NCBI GenBank assembly: GCA_951406725.2
Contig: OX597819.1
Span: forward strand, 21,390,001 to 21,454,000
Direction of reading: 5' to 3'
DNA length: 64,000 bases
From: Octopus vulgaris
Lineage: Eukaryota
The notes under the pieces are model-generated. The model made no database searches, was not told the DNA's origin, and worked only from the letters and a program-made list of their open reading frames with translations. The translations under genes and the position numbers were made by a program. This document shows, one piece after another, positions 52,416 through 64,000 of this stretch; positions within the stretch are counted from its first letter, which is position 1, and each line of letters starts with the position of its first letter.

Positions 52416-53707
52416 CGAGGGGCGTTCAATAAGTAATGCTCCTGACCCACTTGCAGTTATTTAATTTAGCTGAAATTTTGCATGTACAATTATTTATATC
52501 TTTATAGATTAAGTGGCAAATTACAGCTCCGAACTAATTGTGGTTTCTGATTTACAGGTGTTTGAACTGAGTCAAGTGTGAAATGGATCCTGTTGAGTGT
52601 CGAGCAGTGATCCGGTTTTTGTATTTGAAAGAACGTACACCACGGGAGACTTTTGATGAAATGAAAGTAACTTATGGTGATGATGCCCCATCATATGCCC
52701 TTGTAAAACGCTGGCATCGTGAATTCAAACATGGTCGGAACTCTGTGGAAACAGCTCCCAGATCTGGTCGCCCCCTTCTGCCATTGATGAGGCATCTGTC
52801 CGTCATGTTGAGGCTGCCATTTTGGAAGATCGACGCATAACTATTCGACAAATAGCCCATGATGTCAAGATTAGTACCGGGTCTGTGGAACCTATCATTC
52901 ATGACCATTTGCATATGCAAAAGGTGTCTGCCAGATGGATTCCCAGGTTACTCACACCTTTCCAGAAGCAAGAACGTGTCGATTGCTCGAGGATGAATTT
53001 GGAGATGTGCCAAGAAGATGAGTCAAAATTTTTCAAAAGACTGATTACACAGGATGAAACCTGGGTCCATCACTATGATCCAGAGACCAAAGCCCAGTCA
53101 ATGCAGTGGACACACCGTGACTCACCACCTCCAAAGAAGGCAAGGGTGCAGCCCTCTGCTGGCAAGGTCATGCTCACAGTCTTCTGGTACCAGGAGGGAG
53201 TAGTGATGACAGATTTCCCGACAAAGGGTGCCACAATTACAGGAGCCTATTATGCTTCACTTTTGAGGAAATTAAGAGAAGCTATCAAAATCAAGAGGCG
53301 GAGCAAGATCAGCAAAGGCATCCTCCTCTTGCAGGACAACGCTCCGGTTCACAACTCGCGTGTCGCCAGATCAGAAGCACAGTCGTGCGGCTATGAACTC
53401 ATCCCCCATCCCCCCTACTCTCCTGACCTTGCACCCTCTGATTTTCACTTCTTCCCAGCCATGAAGTTGTTTTTGAAAGGAAAGCGTTTCCCAGATGATG
53501 CAGCCTTGATTTCTAAAGTCACGTCGTGGTTGGAGGACCAAGCTGGGGTCTTCTACAAAAACGGTCTTCAGAGCTGCATCAAACGATGTGAGAAATGCGT
53601 AGCTCTTGGTGGTTCCTATGTAGAAAAAGACTAATAACTGTGCCAAGTTTCGTTGCTCTACTGCTATGGGAAGTGGGTCAGGGGCATTACTTATTGAACG
53701 CCCCTCG
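52416..53707 (+). mobile_element. Full-length mariner DNA transposon (1292 bp, 37-bp TIRs, TA TSD)
   Basis: TIR CGAGGGGCGTTCAATAAGTAATGC(T/C)CCTGACCCACTT with 1 mismatch. TA at 52414-52415 and 53708-53709. Confidence 0.97.
52583..53634 (+). pseudogene. DD34D mariner transposase with one frameshift near 52771-52777
   Basis: HTH MDPVECRAVIRFL, RSGRP, WIPRLLT, TQDETWVHHYDPE, QDNAPVH, YSPDLAPSD. There are 34 residues between the 2nd and 3rd catalytic Asp. Confidence 0.95.
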
Positions 53708-54750
53708 TAAGGATATCTTTAATAGTGTTGCCCCAGTTTATATTAAGGCTTTAAAAGATAGTGGTTTTAGCGAAAAAATAAAATATACACCCGTTACTAG
53801 CCCAACAGTAAGGAAAAGGAATAATAGAAATAGGAAGGTCATCTGGTTTACACCCCCTTACTCACCCGAGGTAGCCTTCAATATAGGTAAATATTTCCTA
53901 GCACTGATAGATAGACATTTTCCAGTTAACCATACTTATAGGAAACTCTTCAATAGACACAATTTAAAAATTAGTTTTAGTTCCACTACCAATTTTAAAA
54001 GCATAATCAAACATAACATACAAAAACACAACAAGAAACAGCTGTTCATGCTAAATGGAGCTTGCATGTCCAAGACCATCATATATGAAGCTACCGTAGA
54101 CTCTATAACCACTAAAGACACCGTTTCGACGAAGAAATACGTGGGCCTTACAGAGGGTAATTTCAAGGCCAGGTTCAATAACCACACTTTGAGCTTTAGG
54201 CACTGGAACAAAAGAAAAGCGACACAATTATCTAATCATATTTAGTCTTTAAGAGATAAAGGTGTCGATTATAACATACATTGGAAGATTTTGACCAAAT
54301 GTAAGCCCTATACCAACGGCAGCGGAAGGTGCGGTCTATGCGACATGGAGAGATGGCTTATCTGGAAAAGCAGCTTAGACCCTACTACATGTCTAAACTC
54401 AAGGACAGAACTTTTCGGATCATGCCCATGTGTGACAAAATTTCTGTTACGTTTTTGGTCCCCTAAAGAAAACAGATAGAACATGCTTCCTATGTTATGT
54501 CCCAAGAAGGTTTTTTTTTACCTCATCATACCTTTTATCATATATTTTTTATATATACTTTATGTATATATTTTTTTATATATTTTTTAATATATTTTTT
54601 ATGTATTTTTATATAATTTTTTATGGCGGAAAATGCGAGTGAAGATGTGTACGTTTACATAGCGATGTATAAGTACGCAGGCAAGCAGAGTTATAACACA
54701 GTAATATCCTTTTGTATAACGGTATTTTTCATAGCGTTTTCAAATAGCCA

Positions 54751-54811
54751 GATAACCGAAGAGATGGCGTCGTGGATTCGCACTTCGGCATCTGAAACTC
54801 AGAGATTTATC
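54751..54811 (+). ncRNA. Hammerhead-like motif in the 3' end of the Naiad-type PLE (mutated)
   Basis: GAUAA CCGAAGA GAUGGCG...CGGCAUC U GAA ACUC-a-GAGA U UUAUC. Stem I is GAUAA/UUAUC. Confidence 0.6.
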
Positions 54812-54830
54812 TTGACTATCGAGTAATGTA

Positions 54831-54884
<54 letters not shown>

Positions 54885-55594
54885 GAAATATGTTACGAGA
54901 AGAAAATATAAAATACACGTGGAAATGTAAGGGTAAAATATGAAAATTCAACGAAAATGCATATTGCAAATAGAAAAAGGCTATTTATGACGGGTAACGA
55001 CAAATATATACATTTAGATTGACTGAGGTAGTAATATAAGTCATGAAAGTCATTATTATGAGATGATTATAAGACGATAACAAAGTAAGAGAACAAAACG
55101 AACCAGTGATTTACGCGAAGGCTATTCATCGTTTTATATATAGAGAGATACACACAACATACGAAGCGGACCCATACACAAACATACAAACAAGAACTTA
55201 CACGGGCGGCCACAACAATGTGAACAACACTATTAATAACGACAGCAGCAGTGGTGGTGTTGGCGACACTGATGGAGTAGCAACAACAACGGCTACCGCG
55301 ATGGCTTCACCGTGGGCGAACACACATACAGAGAAGAGTAGAGGAACGGTACCATATTTGGGGAAGGGGGGTAGGACAGCAGCAGCACAATTGTGTGAGA
55401 GGATGGGGTTGCAGAGGGGAAGGCCACACTGCTGCTAAAACCTATGACGCACACACAAGCATATTTACAGACGTACACAAACGCGCGCACACACACACAC
55501 ACACAAGGACACACACACATGCGCACATAAGGATACACACCTTAGAAGAAGAGGATGGATTAAGAGGAGCAAGAACACACACGAAAATTAAAAG

Positions 55595-55639
55595 TGCCAC
55601 TGAAGAGGTCACAGATGTGTGACGAAAGTGTTTCGGGCA
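55595..55639 (+). ncRNA. Minimal type I hammerhead-like motif
   Basis: UGCCA CUGAAGA G GUCACA-gaug-UGUGAC GAA AGUGUUU C GGGCA. It lies downstream of the PLE-like peptide GTVPYLGK...LCERMGL (55340-55415). Confidence 0.65.
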
Positions 55640-55753
55640 ATAGACATGAGTTAAAATATAAAATAATAAAATAAGGACAGTAATAAGCGAATGAACAAAA
55701 TATATATAGTGCGTGTGTTTATTTGGCAAAAGAAAATGACCGTCCCGAAATAC

Positions 55754-55810
<57 letters not shown>

Positions 55811-55936
55811 AAAAGAAACATACATATATAAACGCATATGTACATATATAAATAAACACATTTACAAATAAATGTATACGCACAGAGATAGTCACAAGCT
55901 TACACAGATGAACACTTGCTCAGATGCATACTTCTA

Positions 55937-55980
<44 letters not shown>

Positions 55981-55986
<6 letters not shown>

Positions 55987-56082
55987 ATCCAAACATGAAA
56001 ACACGAAGAGAAAGCACAACAACGCGAGGATGTGGAACAAGTATAGTGTTATTGGACGCTCAGGAAAGGAAAGAAAGAAGGA
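55981..56082. repeat. Short dispersed repeat abutting (TA)n, same family as 3063-3165
   Basis: TAGTTAATCCAAACATGAAAACAC...CAACGCGAGGATGTGGAAC. Confidence 0.75.
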
Positions 56083-56122
56083 GATACATATGTGTGTGTG
56101 TGTGTGTGTGTGTGTGTTGGTT

Positions 56123-56300
56123 TATAGATAGAAATACGAAAAAGTACTCAAATATATGCATGTATATGTATATATATAGTCACACACACATATAATATAT
56201 AGATATATATATGTGTGTGTGTGTGTGTATAGATACAAATACGTAAATGAACTCAAATATATGCATGTATATGTATATATATATTCACACACATATATAT
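56123..56300. repeat. ~105-bp tandem duplication containing microsatellite
   Basis: TATAGATA.AAATACG.AAA..ACTCAAATATATGCATGTATATG occurs at 56123 and 56228. Confidence 0.8.
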
Positions 56301-56405
56301 ACAGAGACATGCAGGAAGTAAAGAGACATATTCAATTTTCAAAATCTTTTATTCAATACGCAAAGCGAACAATTGAAATGTAATCGATAAGTAGGACTAC
56401 ATACT

Positions 56406-57399
56406 TTAGAATTTAGTTGACATTCCCTTTGCAGTGTTTAATTCAGAAACTCTTTTTGGCATTGAACTGATGAGCTTTGTGATTGTCTCTTGTGGAATTT
56501 CTGCCCACTTTAGATTTAGATTTCTGTCGAGTTTTTCGTATAGCTCCATCTAGTATGCTTCAAAGATTGTCAATTGGGTTCAAGTCAGGAGATTGGCTCG
56601 GCCAAAAAAGCTTTTTGAGCCCATTTTTCAGTCAGCGGTTGCGGATTCCTTTTCGCTGTGTGGCATGGAGCCCTATCTTCCATGAATAAAAATTCATTTT
56701 TAGTTATGTTATCATGTGAATACATCGGAAGTAGTGCTTGCTTAATATTTTGATGTATTCTTCAGAGTTTATGGTTCCAACACATTCGATCAGCTCAGAA
56801 CGACCATTGCTGGTGACAGCTCCCCATAACATTACAGAGATACCACTATGTTTAACAGTTGGTTGGATATTTTTCAAATTAAATTCTTGATTGAGAAGCC
56901 CCAAAACCCAAACACGTACGCTGCTGAAAATAATGCAAATCTGGATTCGTCTGTGAAAATCACTCTATCCCAAAATGAATTGGATTTTTCTGACATCTTC
57001 TTCGTCCATTTCTTTCTTTTCATGATATTAACTGGTTGAAGGAGAAGTTTTCTTCTAATTGCTCGTCCATAATACCCAAGCTTATGCAGATATGTAACAC
57101 ATGTTCTTGGACTAACTTCTAGCTGTTTTGCAATGTCAGAAGCATTCGAACGGGGTTCGTTTTCCACAATTCTCTTCAAACAGCGAAGCTTCCTTTCCGA
57201 GGGCCCCACGTCGGCTGGGACGAGAATCTATTGATTCTTTTCCTTGGGTTTTGAATTGCACTATAATTCTATTAACAGTAGCAAGAGGAATTTGAAGATT
57301 TTCGCCAACTTTTCGCTGGCTAAGACCACCCTCAGATTGTCCATCAATACGACCTCTTTGAAAATCTGACAGTTCTGCTGAATTTTTTGTGCGTGGCAT
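56406..57399 (-). pseudogene. Tc1-family transposase, multiply frameshifted, no TIRs seen
   Basis: [67 protein letters not shown]...AKGMSTKF*. Confidence 0.92.
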
Positions 57400-57419
57400 G
57401 GTTACTCTTCGCAAATGTT

Positions 57420-57720
57420 TAATATAATGACATCTGGAATGGCTGGTATAGTGTTGCATATTTTCGTATGCTCCATTGTAATGAGTAATGGTTTAAGTAG
57501 AATGGTACAACTTGAAGTTTTTGAAGAAGGCATATATGTGACTCTGGAAATTCTTGATTGTAGTGCCTATGTATTCTCTCGCAGCTGCAGTCGTAATTAC
57601 TGAACAACAGTATATTATATTTTCAGTCTGACAGTTTCTGTTCAAAAGGAAATTAGATAGAATTTTACAAGTACAAGTTTTAGTAAACAAGGGTGAACCT
57701 GGTAGTAACATTGGATGTAA
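57420..57720 (-). pseudogene. Naiad-type PLE GIY-YIG fragment
   Basis: TKTCTCKILSNFLLNRNCQTENIIYCCSV...REYIGTTIKNF (ORF 57493..57711) has a CxC linker plus IIY/YIG. Confidence 0.7.
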
Positions 57721-58119
57721 TTGGTGTTTGATATCTGTCCAATTTTTGCAGTGGGTGATGCTAAAGAATTACTGTTGTGTCTTCGATCTGTTGACTTGCT
57801 AACATCAGTTGATGACAATGGTGCAAGTATAGGAGACTAAATAGAGACGTACGGCTCTGGGTGGTCAGGACCTGTGATATTTAGAGACTGACTATTAAGT
57901 ATCACGGGATCTGTTAATTTTGTATTGATTACTTTAGACGAATTAGTTTCAGTGATATCCATACGTACGTATCTTCCCTTTCATTTATACTTTTTATCTT
58001 CCTCGCTTTGTCGTCGTTTGTCCATCATCTCAGTGATATTTCCTAAATACTTGCTTTTGTATCCGAACGCAACCAATTTTCGTTCAGCCATTAGCCAAAA
58101 CCTTCTTTTATCAAGGGTC

Positions 58120-58440
58120 GACTATCAAAGTCTCTAAATTTCCCTCCGAGTTGCGCTGTATGCGTGGTTTGTAAAACGTTTCTAGTTTCCTGACCATTTT
58201 TTCATGGCATCAATCCACAAATGTCTTTGACAGCCTCTTGCTCTCTTCTCCACACTTCCTTTCAAGATGACCTGGTGTAATAACACATGGAACGTGGCAT
58301 TACAAAAATAAAGTACCTTGTAGACTTCATTCTCAGCAACAGTCTTCTTTGGATTTTCAAGTCGTCTAGTTTTCTTACCCTGTTTTATTTTCTTCAGACT
58401 TCGAAGGATCTATATCTGGGGGATATCAGTCTTCTTTTCC
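58120..58440 (-). mobile_element. RTE-clade LINE 3' fragment, degenerate
   Basis: The minus strand gives QVILKGSVEKRARGCQRHLWIDAMKKWSG. Confidence 0.65.
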
Positions 58441-59259
58441 ATTGCTTTGAACCTTGTCCAGAGGAATAACAATTTACTGAAATTTACGTTCTCGAAATCC
58501 GTGTTTTAACAAGGATCCCTTAATTTATCATACTGCAATGACGGAGAAACCAGTACCAGTACCAGTGATATACTGGTTTGATTCAATCGACAACAAAGCA
58601 TCTCTCGAAACTGCCGGCATTATACCAAAGTAAGAAATCAATAGGCCATCACAGTCCACTAATATAGTCTTCATAATTTGAATTATTTCCTCTCTTGCAG
58701 CCGACTTCTGAACAACCCCACACCTCAGTCACGTGATTTTATGAAAAGCCGATGAACTGAAATTAATGTTTCTTAGAAATGGCACCTGTCTATTAAACTA
58801 TTTAATTTCTAATGAATAGAAATGGTAAATTGAGTTGGGAATTGAATGCTGCTCGTTGTTCTAGTTGGTGTCATTATTGTTGCTGTTGCTCTTCTGTGTC
58901 GCTGCTGCTGCTGCTATTCCCGTTACTGTTGTTGCTATTTTTGTTGTTGTTGTTGTTATTGTTGTTACTGCTGCTGCGACTGCTACCACTTCACATTTGT
59001 TGTTCTTACTAATGCTACTTCTGTTGCTAAAATTGCTTCGGTTGTTTTTGTTATTATTGCTGTTGTTGTTGTTGTTATCCTTACTGATGATGACGATGCT
59101 GATGCTGATCATACTCAACATTTGTTATGGTCATTGGTGCTATTTCTGTTGCTGAAGTGGCTTTCGTTGTTGCAGTTGGCTTTTTTTAATGTTGTTGTTG
59201 TTGTTGTAGCTGCTCTCACGCGTTGTCATTGTTCTTATTATAAATTTCTCTGAAAGGAA

Positions 59260-59662
59260 GCAACCTTGGCAGAATCGATAGCACGCCGAGCATAAATCCT
59301 TAGCGGCATTTCGTCCGTCTTTACGTTCCGAGATCAAATTTCGACAAAGTCGATTTTACTTTTCATCCATTCGGGGTCAATAAAATGAGTAGCAGTCAAA
59401 TAGGAAACGATATATTTGATTTATACGTCCCTTGAAATTACTGGCCTTATTACATGGCTAACCAGGCAGAATCGTTGGCGCGTCGGAGAAAATGCTTTGC
59501 ACCATTTCTTCCGCCTTTACGTTCTGAATTCCAATTCCGCCGAGGTTTACATTGCGTGTCACCATTTTGGGCTAAATATAATAAGTACCGATGAAAACTG
59601 GGTTCTGTATAACCGACTAAAATACTTCCTTGAAGTTTCTGGCCTTGAGCTAAAATTTGAAT
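59260..59662 (+). mobile_element. Two tandem degenerate SINE family B copies
   Basis: GGCAGAATCG heads at ~59268 and ~59465, each followed by the core. Confidence 0.8.
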
Positions 59663-60054
59663 CTGTTGGTGTGTCTTCGATTAGAAAGAAAGTTCTTACC
59701 TATCCATTTCATATCACATATGAGAGTTTGATGTGTCACAAGTTGCGGCTTAATATCATTGTGGCAATGATTCCAAGCAGAAAACTTGAAAAATATATGA
59801 ATTTCAGGCTGTGCAGGTGAGGGTGTGAAAGGATTGAGTTACTAGAGTTTACTACAAGATCTGGAAGTTAAAACACTAATGTAGTCAATAAATGGAAAGA
59901 CACAGACATAGAATGAAACTCGTTGTGGAGAGACCGTGTCCAGATAACCGCCAATGAATAGATCCGGCACTTGAGGTACATCCAAGCATTGATGATGAAA
60001 GGTTGAGAGAAATCTACTGGAGGTGTGAAATAAAAAATTAAATATATATATATA

Positions 60055-60449
60055 CGAGCAGTATCGCCCGGCGTTGCTCGGGTTTGTAAGGGAAATAACT
60101 ATATAAGCATTTTTAGAGAGTTATAGCCAAAAAATAGCAATAAAATGCATTAAAAATGGAAAAAAAATTATGGTAAATTTTTTTAAATCGTTGACTCATC
60201 GTAGACATTTTTAGAGAGTTACTTCCCTTATATAATAGTAAAAAATGCATTAAAATGGAAAAAAATGATGGTAAATTATTTTAAAAATCGTAGACTCATC
60301 GTAGACGTGCGCTAATACCCAGAAGGGCTCGATATGAATCACGACTATAAGATATCCGCTTTTGGTTACACTGCACCGCAAAATGTGGGAGTAGTTAGGA
60401 ATCTAAATCGTAGGAGACAGACACACAACTTGATTTTTATATATAAAGA
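60055..60449 (-). mobile_element. Non-autonomous Helitron with an internal ~100-bp tandem duplication
   Basis: The minus strand starts A|TCTTTATATATAAAA and ends with hairpin CCCGAGC-AAC-GCCGGG, 8 nt, then CTCG|T (a CTAG variant). CATTTTTAGAGAGTTA occurs at ~60108 and ~60206. Confidence 0.8.
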
Positions 60450-60582
60450 TATATAGTTACGTTATATTCCGTTAGGGACGTAGTAGAGAACAGTATGAAG
60501 CTCCTCCACCTACAGGTACATCACAGAGACACAAATCCAGACACACAGAAATATTTATCTATCGATCTATCTATTACTTTGT

Positions 60583-60618
<36 letters not shown>

Positions 60619-60712
60619 CTCTCTCTCTATATATATATTTAAATTTATATTTATATGTGTGGGTGTTTGTGTGTATGTGTGTGATTTTGTATGTGTGTGT
60701 GTGTGCGCGTGT

Positions 60713-60857
60713 AGGACAGGCATTTTTCAGTTTCCGTCAACTAAATCCAGTCATATGGTTTTGGTTGAATTGTAGAAGGAACTCGCCCAAAATGCCACGC
60801 AGTGGGACCGAACATGGAACCATGTGATTGGCAAGGCAGTTGCCCACCGCACAGCTA
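60713..60857 (-). mobile_element. SINE family A 5' half, degenerate
   Basis: TTCAGTTTCCGTC...ATGCCACGCAGTGGGAC...GGAACCATGTG. Confidence 0.8.
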
Positions 60858-61026
60858 TATGTGTACATGCGTGAGTTCCTGCAGGGGAGTGAGTGTGCTT
60901 AGATTTCTATTTGGCGAGTAGTAGTATTAGTAGAATAAGCGAAATATGGCTAAGTAATATTTCCGACACTAGCAATTGCACTAATTTACCACCGTAATAA
61001 AAATAATAATAATAATAATAATAATA

Positions 61027-61128
<102 letters not shown>

Positions 61129-61139
61129 ATTATTATTTC

Positions 61140-61306
61140 AAATCTAGGCTGAAGCCCTGAAATCTGAGGGGTGGAGATAATTGATTACATCACCTCCCCC
61201 ACCCCAGGTTTCAACTGGTACTTATTTTATCGGGTCCCCAAAGAATGAAAGGCAAAACCGGCCTCGGCGGAATTTGAACTTAAAGAGGGGCGAAACGCCG
61301 CTAAGC
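61140..61306 (-). mobile_element. SINE family B, degenerate
   Basis: GAATGAAAGGCAAAAC..GCCTCGGCGGAATTTGAACT. Confidence 0.8.
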
Positions 61307-61307
61307 A

Positions 61308-62660
61308 GAATTTCTATTTGCTCTTCTTTCGAAGGGAAGATAATTTCTACAAAATAAACAATTTTTCTCTTGAATATTATTTAGAATATTTAGTTATTTT
61401 CAATGAATAATGAAATCTTTCAACATCACATCGATGCAACTTTTATTAGTGCATATATCCGTAGCTCTTTGGATATTCTGTGTAGTCTATGTTCAGTACG
61501 TGTTATTCCCGTCTTCTCTATATTGTATTTGTATGTACATCCTAGGGTAAAATATCTGTTCGCATTTCTCGATACCATTTGCGAAGATATTTAATGAAAA
61601 TTGTTTCCGTTTCTAGTCTGCATATCTCTATTTCCTGATCATTAAAATTGCATACTTCTTCCATTTCTTGCTAAGATATAGTTTCTTCAGTTAGAACAAT
61701 TATATTGCGTTGGAGACATTTCACTTTCTGATGGGTTTCATATCTTGGCTTTTTCTCAATCTCCATATCTATATCATGAGTATATCTTAAGGTATAGCAG
61801 CTTCTACATTTTCTCTCACCTTTTATTCTGTGTGATCGTTCAACATTTTTCCCTGAACACATGTATAAATTCCAGTGCCTGAAACAGTCCCCCAAATTCT
61901 TCTATCCTGTTTTGCTTAAAACTGGTACCCAGAGAAAATGATCTTATCAGCTACTTCATCCCCGCCTACACATATTTGGTAATTACGAATCTCATATTGC
62001 TTTTATAACTTTTGCTTTGCTTATACCATTTCAGTAGTTATTGATAGGAAATATTTCAGAATTGCACTTCATTTTTAAACTGTCTTCTCAGATATCAGCC
62101 TGTTTATAGTTATTCTTGTCAGCATTTTAGCATGAGGTTTCATGATTACATTTCCATCTCAGTTATTAGTTTTTAATGATTTATTCTGTAAAGCGGCAAA
62201 GCCGTTAGCACGACGGGCGAAATGCATATTGGAATGTCGTCCGCCTTTACGTTCTGAATTCAAATTTCGTCGAGGTCGATTTTGCCTTTAATCTTTCAGG
62301 GTCGACGAGATAAGTACCTTCTGAACACTGGCACCGATATAATTAACTTACCCCGCCTCCACCGAAGTCGTGTGTATACACACTCAGAATTATTTTCATT
62401 GAAGGCCGAAAGCAGTTTTTTTGTTGTGCATGTTAATTTGTATAAGTTTATTCGTTGAAATCCTACACCAGATACTTTATATTTACTAGTTGAAGATATC
62501 TAGTCTTTCCTGTTTATGGTAAATAAAATGTTTCTGTAACAGCCTTTCAATGGTATATTCTAAATCAGTCCTTATTTTCCTTTCTAGTTTTACTAATGCA
62601 TTTAGTTTCCTCTCGAGAATGTAACAACGAATTATTGCAATAGCTCTAATACACTCTTCC
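61308..62660 (-). other. Possible decayed retroelement coding remnant, interrupted by SINE B at 62191-62370
   Basis: A-rich minus strand with Cys/His fragments (GDCFRHW..C, CRSC). No family motif could be confirmed. Confidence 0.25.
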
Positions 62661-63742
62661 TGTCTTTTAACTTAATTTTATGTCGTAATAATATCAGGGG
62701 ATTATAATCTTCATATCCTGCCCTCGGATTACGATCATTATCAATACCCTTATCACACATTATCTCAGTACATATGATAGCAAATTGGTATTGTTAAGTG
62801 GTATCTTTCTGAGAGTCTGCGACTGACTCATTGTTGCAGCAATTTGAGAAACCAATAGAAGTAGAGTTTTGACCGCCACAGTCACCGAATGGTTTATTCG
62901 ATTTTAATGAGCTGTATAGAAAGCGGCATCTTCCTACACGTGTAAACAGAAGCGACAGTGGAAACACACTGTAACATTAAATTGCACAAACGCTAGTATA
63001 ATAGGTTCAAACAGTTTGATACATACCAATGTTGACTATCTTTTATATTTTGCATCTTGTAAAATACTGCTTAGTAGATGCGATGTGTAGACCACGTTTT
63101 TTCCCATGTCATTGTGTACTGCTGCGTTCCTTTTGCATTGTGTAGGATGTCTGCTTAGATACCATACACAATCTAAGGGGTATATGACAATAGCCAATGA
63201 CATGCAGAATGGAATAAACTCAGGTTTAATATAGAACAGACAGTTTACATCTGTCCTGTCAGGAAGACGCCACAGTAAACAGCTGACCACGTCTGACATT
63301 TTTTGCAACTCGACAAGTGCATCAGCTGTGCAATTAGAATCGAGCAGCTCATATCAGGTATTGGCTATTCGAACCTATACGAATTCTAGCGAAGTACTTC
63401 TTTTAAATAAAACAATGCTGCCTTCTCGTAAGTCGCAAACTAAATCCATAAGATAAGGTATTATTGAAATTTGAAGGAACGATTGAACTTATTGCTAATT
63501 ATTTACAGCAACGTCAATGGCATTTGAAACCTCAACTTCGGATTCTGTTTATAAATGGGATGAATGTTTTTTTTTTTACTTATGATACATCACCGTGTCA
63601 GTAAGAGAATACGTACAAAAAAAAAACAAATACGGGAAATTCTTTACCAACCCTTCAGATGTTCCAGAATTTTTGAACACATTAAATTTGGCATTCAAAA
63701 TTTGAGCGTGAATCTGTCTCTGGTTGCTATATAAGGATGATT

Positions 63743-63907
63743 CGTTCCGAGTTCAAATTCCGCCGAGGTCGACTTTGCCTTTCATCCTTTCGGGGTCGAT
63801 AAATTAAGTACCAGTTACGCACTGGGGTCGATGTAGTCGACTTAATCCCTTTGTCTGTCCTTATTTGTCCCCTCTGTGTTTAGCCCCTTGTGGGTAGTAA
63901 AGAAATA
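63743..63907 (+). mobile_element. SINE family B, 5'-truncated, with 15-bp TSD
   Basis: TATATAAGGATGATT occurs at 63728-63742 and 63908-63922. Confidence 0.95.
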
Positions 63908-64000
63908 TATATAAGGATGATTTTTGTTGACTCTCTACAAAAGAAGGTTTATTCCTCCCTAAGCTTCATTTATATTACACCTAACCAAAACAGTGAAAAT

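Larger units (their letters stand above)
51001..54832 (+). mobile_element. Near-complete Penelope-like retroelement (Naiad-type: RT plus C-terminal GIY-YIG), disabled and interrupted by a mariner
   Basis: ORF remnants at 51082-52415 and 53710-54479: YSMKNIP, IKRMRWKAFFF, KDHKENF..NPKCRLINPAK, FDIVDFY, DVSMGSYDGA, YKDD, NFLDL, IIYEA..YVGLTE, RCGLC, LNSRTEL. There are at least 3 frameshifts and a TAG at 54243. (TA)n flanks both sides. The clade assignment comes from remembered motifs. Confidence 0.9.

Noticed and set aside
53990-54740. Selenocysteine codons or a SECIS in the Naiad-type element (known for many Naiads)
   Set aside because: The visible conserved Cys codons are TGC/TGT and the internal stop at 54243 is TAG. 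The hairpin at ~54646-54680 lacks a clear SECIS core and apical AA. The deleted linker cannot be assessed.
63036-63308. 90-aa minus-strand ORF in non-repetitive-looking sequence
   Set aside because: It has no recognisable motif or splice support, and ORFs of this length are expected by chance.

Overview
This is eukaryotic, AT-rich, microsatellite-saturated DNA with no recognisable host gene, probably intronic or intergenic. The repeat families suggest an octopus or other coleoid cephalopod (inference). Nearly all ORFs in the track are translated (TA)n/(CA)n/(TATG)n/trinucleotide repeats. The real content is mobile-element DNA. It includes at least three tRNA-headed SINE families (called A, B, C here) and a near-complete Naiad-type Penelope-like element (PLE) interrupted by a 1292-bp DD34D mariner. 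There are also further PLE, CR1, RTE, Tx1, R4/Dong and Tc1 remnants and a non-autonomous Helitron. Three observations stand out. (1) A ~1.9-kb near-perfect palindrome (273-2181) carries in each arm a minimal hammerhead-ribozyme fold with a swapped G3-C8 core pair. (2) About eight more minimal hammerhead-like motifs sit in short PLE-related units among microsatellites. (3) A CR1 LINE 3' tail is shared with SINE family A, with compensatory changes in a terminal hairpin. All folds and alignments were done by eye.
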